Below, piece after piece: positions 20,766 through 29,273 of a DNA stretch of 64,000 nt. Source of the stretch: Chloroflexota bacterium. GTDB lineage: Bacteria; Chloroflexota; UBA11872; VXOZ01. Each line of letters begins with the position of its first letter. The stretch's first letter is position 1. Position numbers and translations under genes: made by a program. The notes beneath the pieces were generated by a model, which saw only the letters and a list, made by a program, of their open reading frames with translations, searched no databases and was not told where the DNA came from. The stretch is from the NCBI GenBank assembly GCA_964291655.2, contig OZ219801.1:128001-192000 (forward strand), written 5' to 3'.

Positions 20766-21956
20766 TCACTCCCCCGCCAACGCACCCACCCCAGGCATGG
20801 CTGCCTCAATACGCTCCGCCGCCGCCATGAGATTTTCCAGCGAGTTGGCAAAAGAGAATCTCACGTAGCCTTCGCCGGCGGCGCCAAATCCCGTCCCGGA
20901 GAGCGAGGCTACCCCTGCTTCCTCCAGCCAATACCGTTCCAAACGCGCGGACCCCACGCCAAGCTCCTTCACGTTGCAGAAGGCGTAGAACGCCCCTTGC
21001 GGCACTAAACATGAGAGGCCGTCTATGGCATTGAGCGCGCCGATGAAGGCATCGCGTCGGCGGCGAAACTCCGCCACCATAGCATCTACCGAATATTGTG
21101 GGCCCTCAAGTGCCTCGATGCCTGCCATCTGGGTAAAGCTCGCCGTGCATGACGTGGCGTTATTCAAGATCAGTCCGATCTTCTCTGCCAGAGGGACCGG
21201 CATCACGCCGTACCCCAGGCGCCAGCCCGTCATGGCATAGGTCTTCGAATGGCCGTCCAGTAGAATAGTCTGCTCCTGCATTCCAGGGTGTGCCAAAATG
21301 GAAGCGTGGCTGCCATCGTAGACTATGCGGCTGTAGATTTCATCGCTCAGCACCCAAATCGGCTTGCCCCGTACCATGTCGGCGATTTCCCCGAGCTCCT
21401 CCGCCGTGAACACGCCGCCGGTGGGGTTGTGGGGTGCGTTCAAGATAATGAGCCGCGTCTTGTCAGTAATGCTGTCGCGCAATTCATCCAGGTCCCAGCG
21501 GAACTGCCGCTCCTCGTAGAGGGTCAGCGGCACCCTGGCGGCACCGGCAAAGCGCAGCATTGAATCATAGGTGGGAAATCCCGGATCAGGGTAGATCGCC
21601 TCATCTCCAGGATTGACCGTGGCCAAGATTCCGGCAAAGACGATTGGCTTCGCTCCCGGCGTTACCACCACGTTCTCGGCTGAGGCATCGACACCCCACC
21701 CTTGCTGCACGTATCGCGCTATGGCCTCACGACAAGGCATGAGACCGGGAGTAGGGCCATAATGCGTATGTCCGTCCTGTAATGCCTGAACGCCGGCCTC
21801 CACGATGTTTTCCGGTGTGGGAAAGTCCGGCTCGCCGATCTCCAAGTGGATGATGTCTTTCCCGGCACTTTCCAGTTTACGGGCGCGCGCAAGAACCGCG
21901 AACGCCGATTCGCCTTTCAATAGGTCGGTACGAGCGGCTATGTTCGGGACAGCCAT
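20766..21956 (-). CDS. PLP-dependent aminotransferase class I/II (aspartate aminotransferase-like)
   Basis: LEIGEPDF, NAPHNPTG, SDEIY, GHSKTYAMTGWRLG. Confidence 0.93.
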   Translation of the reverse strand: MAVPNIAARTDLLKGESAFAVLARARKLESAGKDIIHLEIGEPDFPTPENIVEAGVQALQDGHTHYGPTPGLMPCREAIARYVQQGWGVDASAENVVVTPGAKPIVFAGILATVNPGDEAIYPDPGFPTYDSMLRFAGAARVPLTLYEERQFRWDLDELRDSITDKTRLIILNAPHNPTGGVFTAEELGEIADMVRGKPIWVLSDEIYSRIVYDGSHASILAHPGMQEQTILLDGHSKTYAMTGWRLGYGVMPVPLAEKIGLILNNATSCTASFTQMAGIEALEGPQYSVDAMVAEFRRRRDAFIGALNAIDGLSCLVPQGAFYAFCNVKELGVGSARLERYWLEEAGVASLSGTGFGAAGEGYVRFSFANSLENLMAAAERIEAAMPGVGALAGE

Positions 21957-22077
21957 CAGTCCACTCCTTTCCCAGAGGCATTACTGATTCAATTGTACTG
22001 GTTCCAAGAATCTCCGCCAACACTATGCTACACTCGTCGTACCAAACGAGGGACAATCCGAAAGTTGGGAACCGCTC

Positions 22078-23028
22078 ATGGCACTTGCGACACTCGCCCA
22101 AGATCCAAGAATTTACCGCATTACGGCCATTTGGAATTGGGACAGCATCGTTGAACTTTACTTTATCAACGGCCCCACGCGGGCGCTCATAGACACGGGA
22201 GCATCTGACACGCCGCGAGAGTACATTGAGCCTGCGCTGCGGTCGCTCGATCTGACGCTCGACGACATCGACGTCATTCTCAATACCCACGGGCACCAAG
22301 ACCACATGGGTGGCAATCACGCGCTGCTCAGCAAGATTGAGGCACAGGTGTACATGCATCAAGATGATGCATTCCTCGTTGAAGACCTTGAAGCGCATAT
22401 GGATTACATCTGGCACGCAGACAAGCACGTTCTTGGCTACGACCTTTCGGCGCGGAGGGCGCAGTTTCTGCATACGGTAGGCGGCCCTTCAGCAGTGCAC
22501 CGCAGGCTGGAAGACGGCGAGATTGTCGACCTCGGCGATGACATCCAACTCCGTGTGGTGCACCTTCCCGGCCACTCACCGGGCAGCACTGCTTACCACT
22601 GGGAAGCCAAGGGCATCGCGTTCGTTGGAGACGCCGTGCAAGGACTTGGCAGCAAGCCGGGCACTTTCCCTCTTTATTACACGGCGAGAGGCTACGAGCA
22701 ATCCATGCTGCGGCTGGCTGCTCTAAACATCGAGACACTCGCGCTCGCCCATCGATACCTATGGTCACAGGAACCCCGTGGCCCAATTCGCACCGGTAAA
22801 GTCGCGGAACAAACGGTGCAAGACAGCATCAACGTTGTCCGATTGATTGATCAATCTGTGCGGCACGCGCTCGAATCTCTTGCAGGCGCCGGTTTTCTGC
22901 AAGTCGCGCTCGCCGCGACACAGGCGCTGGCTACCGAGATACCCTTCACCGTCGATCCTCGCACGGGCTTGCCCACCGGCCTACCCGCAACCTTCTTTGC
23001 CCACTACACGGAACTAAATGGTGGCTAG
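22078..23028 (+). CDS. MBL-fold metallo-hydrolase
   Basis: LIDTG, THGHQDHMGG (HxHxDH), PGHSPG, VGDA. Confidence 0.9.
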   Translation: MALATLAQDPRIYRITAIWNWDSIVELYFINGPTRALIDTGASDTPREYIEPALRSLDLTLDDIDVILNTHGHQDHMGGNHALLSKIEAQVYMHQDDAFLVEDLEAHMDYIWHADKHVLGYDLSARRAQFLHTVGGPSAVHRRLEDGEIVDLGDDIQLRVVHLPGHSPGSTAYHWEAKGIAFVGDAVQGLGSKPGTFPLYYTARGYEQSMLRLAALNIETLALAHRYLWSQEPRGPIRTGKVAEQTVQDSINVVRLIDQSVRHALESLAGAGFLQVALAATQALATEIPFTVDPRTGLPTGLPATFFAHYTELNGG

Positions 23029-23065
23029 GGGCGCCCCCAATGCGCTGGCTGCCGCCGTGTGTTGG

Positions 23066-23094
23066 TTGCCCGTCCCCACGTCCCGTGATAGAAT
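23066..23094 (+). promoter_or_regulatory. Sigma70-type promoter for tRNA-Leu/greA
   Basis: TTGCCC -17 bp- TAGAAT with extended -10 TGn, 19 nt upstream of the tRNA. Confidence 0.6.
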
Positions 23095-23113
23095 CCCGCT
23101 GGGGACTGGTATC

Positions 23114-23198
23114 GCCGAAGTGGCGGAATTGGAAGACGCGCTACGTTCAGGGCGTAGTGGGCCTTGCGCTCGTGAGGGTTCGAGTCCCTCCTTCGGCA
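23114..23198 (+). tRNA. tRNA-Leu(CAG)
   Basis: Acceptor GCCGAAG/CTTCGGC, anticodon arm CTACG-TTCAGGG-CGTAG, long variable arm, GGTTCGAGTCC T-arm; followed by ACCT, so CCA is not fully encoded. Confidence 0.95.
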
Positions 23199-23254
23199 CC
23201 TCATAGGCCTGGTGGCTCGTGCGACCAACCATCAGAGAAAGGTTTGGAAAGACC

Positions 23255-24088
23255 ATGAGCACACAGGATTCTAATCAGTTGGGCCCTCTGTTTACGCAGT
23301 ACTTGCAAACAGTGGGCGTGGCAAACCTGAAGGGTGAAGAGGCCCGGCACCTCCGCAGATTTGTTAGTTGGTGCGGGCCGGACTCCCGAATAACATCGAT
23401 CTATCCCCACCAACTGCAGACCTATCTCGATCAAGTAACAGCGACCGCTGCCGATCCCAAGCCCTGTGCAAGTGCCTTGCGTACGTTCTTTTCCCATGCG
23501 CTGAAGTCTGACTGGGTAGAGAACAACCCCGCCACCGGTTTGCGAATCACCAAGCGCGCCACTAAGAGCAATTCCCGTGCCGCCGATGCTCAGGCCGGAA
23601 GCACTTTCATCAGCCGCAAGCGCTACGATGAATTGGGTGCTGAATTGAAGAACCACAAGAGTGAAGGACGCGAGCGCATCAGTAAGCTTCTGCATGCGGC
23701 CATCAAGGATGGCGATCTGCGTGAGAATGCGGCCTATGATGAGGCAAAGTATCAGCAAGGCATGCTGGAAGCCCGCATTCGCGAACTGGAGCAAACGCTC
23801 CGTACAAGCACGATTACCGAAGAGGAAGCACGGCCGGCAAACGGCGGTATTGACGCCGCCGACGAGGGCGTCAAGATTGGTATGCGCGTTGAATTGGAAT
23901 TGACTGACGGCAGTGAGACCATTGCTTATCAATTGGTTGGACCTTCCGAGGTCGACCCCCTTGAGGGCCGGATTTCGTACCTCTCTCCCGTTGGAGCAAG
24001 CCTCCTTGCCAAACGCGCCGGCGACACCGTTGCCGTGGAAACGCCTGCCGGAAGTGAGACCTATCGGGTTCTTAGCTACTCGTTCTAA
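23255..24088 (+). CDS. greA: Transcription elongation factor GreA with N-terminal integrase core-binding-like domain
   Basis: GDLRENAAYDEAK, LEARIRELE, GRISYLSPVGASLL, VETPAG; about 110-aa N-terminal extension. Confidence 0.9.
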   Translation: MSTQDSNQLGPLFTQYLQTVGVANLKGEEARHLRRFVSWCGPDSRITSIYPHQLQTYLDQVTATAADPKPCASALRTFFSHALKSDWVENNPATGLRITKRATKSNSRAADAQAGSTFISRKRYDELGAELKNHKSEGRERISKLLHAAIKDGDLRENAAYDEAKYQQGMLEARIRELEQTLRTSTITEEEARPANGGIDAADEGVKIGMRVELELTDGSETIAYQLVGPSEVDPLEGRISYLSPVGASLLAKRAGDTVAVETPAGSETYRVLSYSF

Positions 24089-24179
24089 CCACTCGCAGCA
24101 ACCGCCAAGCGGATACTGAACCGCGAGAGTCCGTCTGCCGGCTGGTCTCGCCGCGGCCCAATTCCACCCGCCGGAACCT

Positions 24180-24204
24180 GCATGTAGCAACTGCTACATG
24201 CTAC
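24180..24204 (-). repeat. REP-like GTAG palindrome
   Basis: Minus strand GTAGCATGTAGCAGTTGCTACATGC; 10-bp arms. Confidence 0.5.
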
Positions 24205-24330
24205 GCCTGTGTTGAAGACTCTTGTGCGCCGCCCCCACGTCGAATCCGCTTGTGAACGCTCCTAGTACCGCCTCCAAATGGCTGGTACAATACGAGTGTA
24301 CCTGCCAAATATTGTCCACCAGAGGATGTC

Positions 24331-24759
24331 TTGATGGAGACCATTGCTGCTGTTCTTAACTATGTCCTTGCGTTTCTTATCGCCTACTTTCTCGCGTTGT
24401 GGGTAGCCCTTGCCATCTGGGCATTCTATGACATTCGCACTCGCACCACTGACATATTGGTGCAGCTCTTCTCGGTTCTTCTCGTGCTGGCCTTCAATGT
24501 TTTCGGCCTCATTCTTTACTTGTTCCTCCGACCTAAAGATACGCTGGCAGAGGCAAACGTACTGGCGTTAGAAGAGGAGAGCTTCTTGGCCGAAAGCGAA
24601 TCCTTGTCGCGATGCCCCAATTGCCACTATCGCTTGCAACACGACTACCAGCTTTGTCCAATGTGCCAGCTTGAAATCAGAAGGCGCTGTACCGGCTGCC
24701 GGAATCTCACCGACTTGCAGTGGAGTGCTTGCGCCTACTGCGGGACGCCGGTCAACTAA
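24331..24759 (+). CDS. Membrane protein with double zinc ribbon
   Basis: TM helices, LYLFLRP, then CPNC, CPMC, CTGC, CAYCG. Confidence 0.85.
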   Translation: MMETIAAVLNYVLAFLIAYFLALWVALAIWAFYDIRTRTTDILVQLFSVLLVLAFNVFGLILYLFLRPKDTLAEANVLALEEESFLAESESLSRCPNCHYRLQHDYQLCPMCQLEIRRRCTGCRNLTDLQWSACAYCGTPVN

Positions 24760-24855
24760 GCTCGCTAAGGCTAGTCTTAGTGAGTTCAGGCCGATACTCT
24801 TCACCAACTCTTCGCTTTCCCATTCTGCAACTCACCTCCACGCTTAAGGATTGCC

Positions 24856-25632
24856 GTGCCACTCGCAGCCAGCCAAGACACTGAAAGCCGCACGTTGACG
24901 GAAACCTCCGATGTACCTGACGACTCCCGGCTTTCGGTCCGCGAATGGCCGGCGGCGGAGAGACCACGTGAGCGCTTGCGCGACCTTGGTCCTGCTCACC
25001 TATCGACTGCTGAGCTCCTCGCCATCATTCTGCGTACGGGCACGCGCGAGAGTTCCGTTGTAGCCGTCGCCCAAGGGTTACTTGATAAGTATGGTGGGGC
25101 CAGCGGCTTGGCCCAAGCGAGCTTTCGGCAGATTACCCAGTATCCCGGCGTTGGTGAAGCAAAAGTAGCCCAGTTGAAGGCGGCGCTGGAGCTTGGCCGC
25201 AGAGCCAGCGCGAGTTCCCAGCCCGTACAACCCGTAATCCGTTCGGCCACCGACGCGAAGAACTTCCTGCTGTCCGACTTTGTCGACGAGGAGCAAGAAA
25301 AATTCCTCGTAGTTTTGCTGGACACCAAACACCATGTGGTGGGCAAAGAAACTTTGTATCGCGGCACGCTGAACCAGACGGCAGTTCGTCCCGCCGAGGT
25401 CTTCCGCGAGGCCGTGCGGGCCAACTGCGCGGCCGTGCTGGTTGCGCACAACCACCCGAGTGGCGACCCTACCCCTTCCGCCGATGACGTTGCCACCACG
25501 GCCCGGTTGGAGAGTGTAGGTGATCTCTTGGAGATTGAGCTTGTCGACCACATCATCATGACACGCGACGGCGCACTCTCACTACGGGAAAGAGGACTTG
25601 GCTTTACCCGTAAGCGCCCGCAAGGGACATGA
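24856..25632 (+). CDS. radC: RadC family protein (JAB domain)
   Basis: ERPRERL, LSTAELLAIILRTG, GVGEAK, AHNHPSGDPTPSADD, LVDHII. Confidence 0.95.
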   Translation: MPLAASQDTESRTLTETSDVPDDSRLSVREWPAAERPRERLRDLGPAHLSTAELLAIILRTGTRESSVVAVAQGLLDKYGGASGLAQASFRQITQYPGVGEAKVAQLKAALELGRRASASSQPVQPVIRSATDAKNFLLSDFVDEEQEKFLVVLLDTKHHVVGKETLYRGTLNQTAVRPAEVFREAVRANCAAVLVAHNHPSGDPTPSADDVATTARLESVGDLLEIELVDHIIMTRDGALSLRERGLGFTRKRPQGT

Positions 25633-25782
25633 CAAGGATCCACATAGGTACGCCCAGTTTGAGCTGAGATTGAGACGCGGCGTGTGATCGGGCAAGTTGC
25701 CAAGAAGCTCCAGGACAGTAACTTTCTGCAGGTTCCAGCACGAGACATTGCAGCATGTATACAATGTTATGCTATAGGAAGA

Positions 25783-26478
25783 ATGCCGACCTTAGGCTGG
25801 GAGGAGATCGCCACGAAATCATTCGCTAAGGAAGTTCTGCAAACGCTTCTACTCACCGCCATCATCTTCTTTGGCACACGTCTAGCGGTTCAAAACTATC
25901 GCGTCGAAGGCAGTAGCATGTATGGGACACTCCACCACAGTGAGTTCGTCTTGGTAAACAAGCTTGCCTACGTCCGCTCGGAGCCGCAGCATGGCGATAT
26001 AATCGTCTTTAACTATCCCATTGATCCTTCAGAGCAGTTTGTCAAGCGCATTATTGCCATACCCGGCGACACGATTGAGATTCGCCAGGGCGTAGTTTAT
26101 GTAAACGGTGAGAGTGTGACTGAACCATACGTCAGTGTGGGGTCTCAACTCGCTGGATTTGCCAACCGGGACGAACTCTCGAGCCGTACGATTCCCGCGG
26201 ATGCCTACTTTGTGATGGGTGACAATCGGCGCGGCAGCAGGGATTCTCGAGAGTGGGGATTCTTGCCGCGCAAATTCATCGTGGGCAAAGTCTGGGTAGC
26301 CTATTGGCCTTTGGAGGACTTCGGCGTTATCGAACACTTCGAGCTCATCGTGCCGGATCCCATTGACCGCAAGGAAGCTGTCGTCTTCGACGAAGTCGTC
26401 GTCTTTGACGAAGTCGTCGTCTTTGACGAAATCGTCGTCTTTGACGAAGTCGCTGATTACGACAAGGTCGCCGTCTAG
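25783..26478 (+). CDS. lepB: Signal peptidase I
   Basis: VEGSSM (catalytic Ser), FVKRIIA (Lys), GDNRRGSRDSR; start uncertain. Confidence 0.92.
   Translation: MPTLGWEEIATKSFAKEVLQTLLLTAIIFFGTRLAVQNYRVEGSSMYGTLHHSEFVLVNKLAYVRSEPQHGDIIVFNYPIDPSEQFVKRIIAIPGDTIEIRQGVVYVNGESVTEPYVSVGSQLAGFANRDELSSRTIPADAYFVMGDNRRGSRDSREWGFLPRKFIVGKVWVAYWPLEDFGVIEHFELIVPDPIDRKEAVVFDEVVVFDEVVVFDEIVVFDEVADYDKVAV
26377..26466 (+). repeat. 18-bp in-frame tandem repeat (xVVFDE x4 plus one degenerate unit)
   Basis: gtcgtcgtctttgacgaa units at the lepB 3' end. Confidence 0.9.
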
Positions 26479-26912
26479 TGCCTCCCGACCTCTTTGAATA
26501 CCTCTTCGCGGCCCCCGGACCGCCGGGATCATTCTATCGCGAAATCGCGCCCCTGCTTACGATAGGGTTTGGCTCCGGTCTGGGGATTTCATTCGTCTAT
26601 TACCTAATTAGCGGAATGCTCTTCGGCAGCAGCCCACTACGGCGCCTGGCCGTACGGGTAGTATTGCTAACCAGTATGGTTATCAACGGCCTGGGGCTGG
26701 TGGCCGTATTCTTGCGTCAGGCAGGATGGGGCATCCTTTCCTACCGATTCGTGCTCGTCCTCATTGCGTTCGTGCAGATCTACATCTTGGTCAGGACGTT
26801 TTGGTACCTCTTCCGCGTGTTGCCCGCCAAGATAGCTGAATCGGCAGAAAACCGGAACAAGAAAAAAGGTGGAAGTAAACGCAAGCGGGCGCCACGACGC
26901 AAGAAACGCTAG
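26478..26912 (+). CDS. Hypothetical membrane protein with basic C-terminal tail
   Basis: Three hydrophobic segments; start overlaps the lepB stop. Confidence 0.7.
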   Translation: MPPDLFEYLFAAPGPPGSFYREIAPLLTIGFGSGLGISFVYYLISGMLFGSSPLRRLAVRVVLLTSMVINGLGLVAVFLRQAGWGILSYRFVLVLIAFVQIYILVRTFWYLFRVLPAKIAESAENRNKKKGGSKRKRAPRRKKR

Positions 26913-26962
26913 CGCCGACTCCCACGTGCAGGTGCAGGCCGGAGGCAGGTCCGTTTGACGGT

Positions 26963-27463
26963 CTACGGCCGAAAAGGCATCTCAGCCATCGCCGCTGAGA
27001 GACGCTCGAAGGTTTCTTCCAGCGTCTCGGGAATTACCCGCGTGCCGGATAATACCGTCATGAAACTCGTGTCGCCCTCCCAGCGCGGCACGATGTGCAT
27101 GTGGACGTGGTCGAGGATGCCCGCACCGGCCGCGGCGCCCAAGTTCATGCCGACACTTACCGCATGGGGGCGAAACGTGCTTCGCAAGAGCCGCACGCCG
27201 TAGCGGACGACGTGCATGACGTTCGCGCTCTCCTCTGCCGATAGGTCGTTCAGGTCCCCGACGTGCCGGAACGGCACCACGAGGAGGTGTCCGTTATTAT
27301 AGGGGTAGCGATTGAAGACTATGAAGCACGCCTCATTGCGGTGCAGCACGAGATTGGCCTTGTCGTCAAGCCCTTCGCTCGCCAAACAGAACACGCACCG
27401 GTCGTTTGGCTGCTTCTCTCGTTCCAGGTATTCCTTACGCCACGGTGACCACAGAATATCCAT
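26963..27463 (-). CDS. HIT family hydrolase
   Basis: LWSPWR, CVFC, NRYPYNNGHLLVVP, HVHMHIVPRW. Confidence 0.93.
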   Translation of the reverse strand: MDILWSPWRKEYLEREKQPNDRCVFCLASEGLDDKANLVLHRNEACFIVFNRYPYNNGHLLVVPFRHVGDLNDLSAEESANVMHVVRYGVRLLRSTFRPHAVSVGMNLGAAAGAGILDHVHMHIVPRWEGDTSFMTVLSGTRVIPETLEETFERLSAAMAEMPFRP

Positions 27464-27495
27464 CAACGTCCTTACCGGATGACTCGACTCATCTC

Positions 27496-28233
27496 TTGCC
27501 CACGCTCCGCGCCGGCTGCGCGGCGTTTGACGTTGCCCTCTATCCCAACCAGGTACGGCGATTGCAAGACTACATGACGCTGCTTTTGGGACAGCGCGGG
27601 CAAGTAAATCTTACTGGAATTCGCGATCTCGCGCAGGCAGAGCGGCTGCTTCTACTAGAGTCTATTGCTGCCGCAATTGCCTTGCCAATCCTGCGTGCAC
27701 CTCCCAGCGGCACTGTGGCGCTCCGGCTCTTGGACGTTGGCACCGGCGGCGGTATTCCGGGAATACCTTTGGCAATTGCCTTTCCACATCTCTCAGTCAC
27801 GCTGATCGAAGCGACACGCAAGAAGGTGGACTTTCTGGGGCACGCCGTGCGATCGCTGGGCCTCAAAAACGTTGAAGCGCTGTGGGGACGAGCGGAAGAA
27901 CAAGGTCACGTGGCGGCGCTTCGTGAGCAGTATGACGTCGTTACGGTGCGGGGTGTGGGCGGACTTGCTACGGTGACCGAACTGGCACTGCCGTTCTGTG
28001 CGTTGGGCGGCAGGCTATTAGTCTACAAGTCTTTACCGCTAGACTCTGAAATTCAAGCGGCAATGCACGCGATCAATGTACTTGGCGGAGGCAGGCCGCG
28101 CGTTACGCCGTTCAATCTGCCTGAATTACCGCAGCAGCACTGTGCAGTGACCCTAAGTAAGGCCGCAGGCACGCCACAGCAGTATCCGCGCCGTGACGGG
28201 CTACCTGCCCGGCGCCCGCTCACAGAAACCTAG
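27496..28233 (+). CDS. rsmG: 16S rRNA m7G527 methyltransferase RsmG
   Basis: VNLTGIRD, LDVGTGGGIPGIPLAI, IEATRKKVDFL, GRAEE, YPRRDG; start uncertain (TTG 27496). Confidence 0.88.
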   Translation: MPTLRAGCAAFDVALYPNQVRRLQDYMTLLLGQRGQVNLTGIRDLAQAERLLLLESIAAAIALPILRAPPSGTVALRLLDVGTGGGIPGIPLAIAFPHLSVTLIEATRKKVDFLGHAVRSLGLKNVEALWGRAEEQGHVAALREQYDVVTVRGVGGLATVTELALPFCALGGRLLVYKSLPLDSEIQAAMHAINVLGGGRPRVTPFNLPELPQQHCAVTLSKAAGTPQQYPRRDGLPARRPLTET

Positions 28234-28354
28234 ATCTACCCAGTCACACGCAGCGCCGTCGCGATTCTCTATGGGATGCTCAGGAGAATGCGCGTCGCTT
28301 GGACAATGGCGGCTGTTTGTTGCTGCATGCGCATGCAACATCTGCACGTCTTGC

Positions 28355-29104
28355 TCATAGAAGTTCCGCCGCCGCACTGTCTACGAACACGGTGACGTGG
28401 CGGTGGAGTTGGAGGAAAGAGGCAGGAACCTGCGGCGTAAGCGGGCCGGCAATGGCCCGGTGGACTGCCTGTGCTTTGGTGGCGCCGCTTGCCAAGAGCA
28501 GAATGCGCTCGGCCTTGAGAATCGTCCCCATGCCCATCGTTATGGCACGGCTGGGGAATTCACTGAGGCGGGCAAAGTGGCGCGGATCAGTTTCGCTCCA
28601 GTATTCGAACGCCAGACGACGAGTCTCAGCACTGAGGCGCGCCACGTGGACGTTCGCGCGCAACTCGAGCCCCGGTTCATTAAAGCCCACATGCCCGTTC
28701 AGGCCGACCCCTAGCACCGCTAGATCGAGGTATCCCGCGCCCGCAATGGCATTCTCATAGGCATGGCATTCGACGTGCGGGTCCGGTGCGGCGCCATTGG
28801 GAATATGCACTTGACTCGGCTGCAGGTTTATGTGACCCAAGAAATGGTCCCGCATGTAGGTGTGGTAGCTTGCGGGATGTTCCGGCGACAGGCCAAGGTA
28901 TTCATCGAGATTGAACGTTTGCACCCGTGAGAAGTCAGCGGTGCCTCGTCGATGCGCCGCCACAAGCTGCCGGTACATTCCTATGGGTGTTGCGCCCGTG
29001 GGCAGCCCCAGCACCAGGTCCGGTTTCTCGCCAATAGCCTTACAGACGGTTTCCGCCGCACACAGACTCAGGTCTTCGTACGACGGCACCGTAACGACTT
29101 CCAT
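28355..29104 (-). CDS. nagB: Glucosamine-6-phosphate deaminase
   Basis: LGLPTGATP, TFNLDEY, GLNGHVGFNEPG, AITMGMGTI, PASFLQLH. Confidence 0.95.
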   Translation of the reverse strand: MEVVTVPSYEDLSLCAAETVCKAIGEKPDLVLGLPTGATPIGMYRQLVAAHRRGTADFSRVQTFNLDEYLGLSPEHPASYHTYMRDHFLGHINLQPSQVHIPNGAAPDPHVECHAYENAIAGAGYLDLAVLGVGLNGHVGFNEPGLELRANVHVARLSAETRRLAFEYWSETDPRHFARLSEFPSRAITMGMGTILKAERILLLASGATKAQAVHRAIAGPLTPQVPASFLQLHRHVTVFVDSAAAELL

Positions 29105-29273
29105 TTGCCTCCCTTTCTTGTCCGCGCCCATTATACACAGTTGCGTGCCAAACAAGCGGCAGCCCGATTTGCGGGCAAAGCGTTGCCTATTAGGACAAGC
29201 ATGGTGCTCCGCAGTATACTTGCAGGCAAGTCAACGCCAATGCTATTCGCCCGTGATTGCAAGGTGAAAGACC

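Noticed and set aside
23201-24190. 329-aa minus-strand ORF and similar long antisense ORFs (24996-25748, 13826-14506)
   Set aside because: They overlap well-supported genes, show no motifs and are expected in GC-rich DNA
24856-25632. radC as a mobile-element marker
   Set aside because: It is the full-length chromosomal type among housekeeping genes
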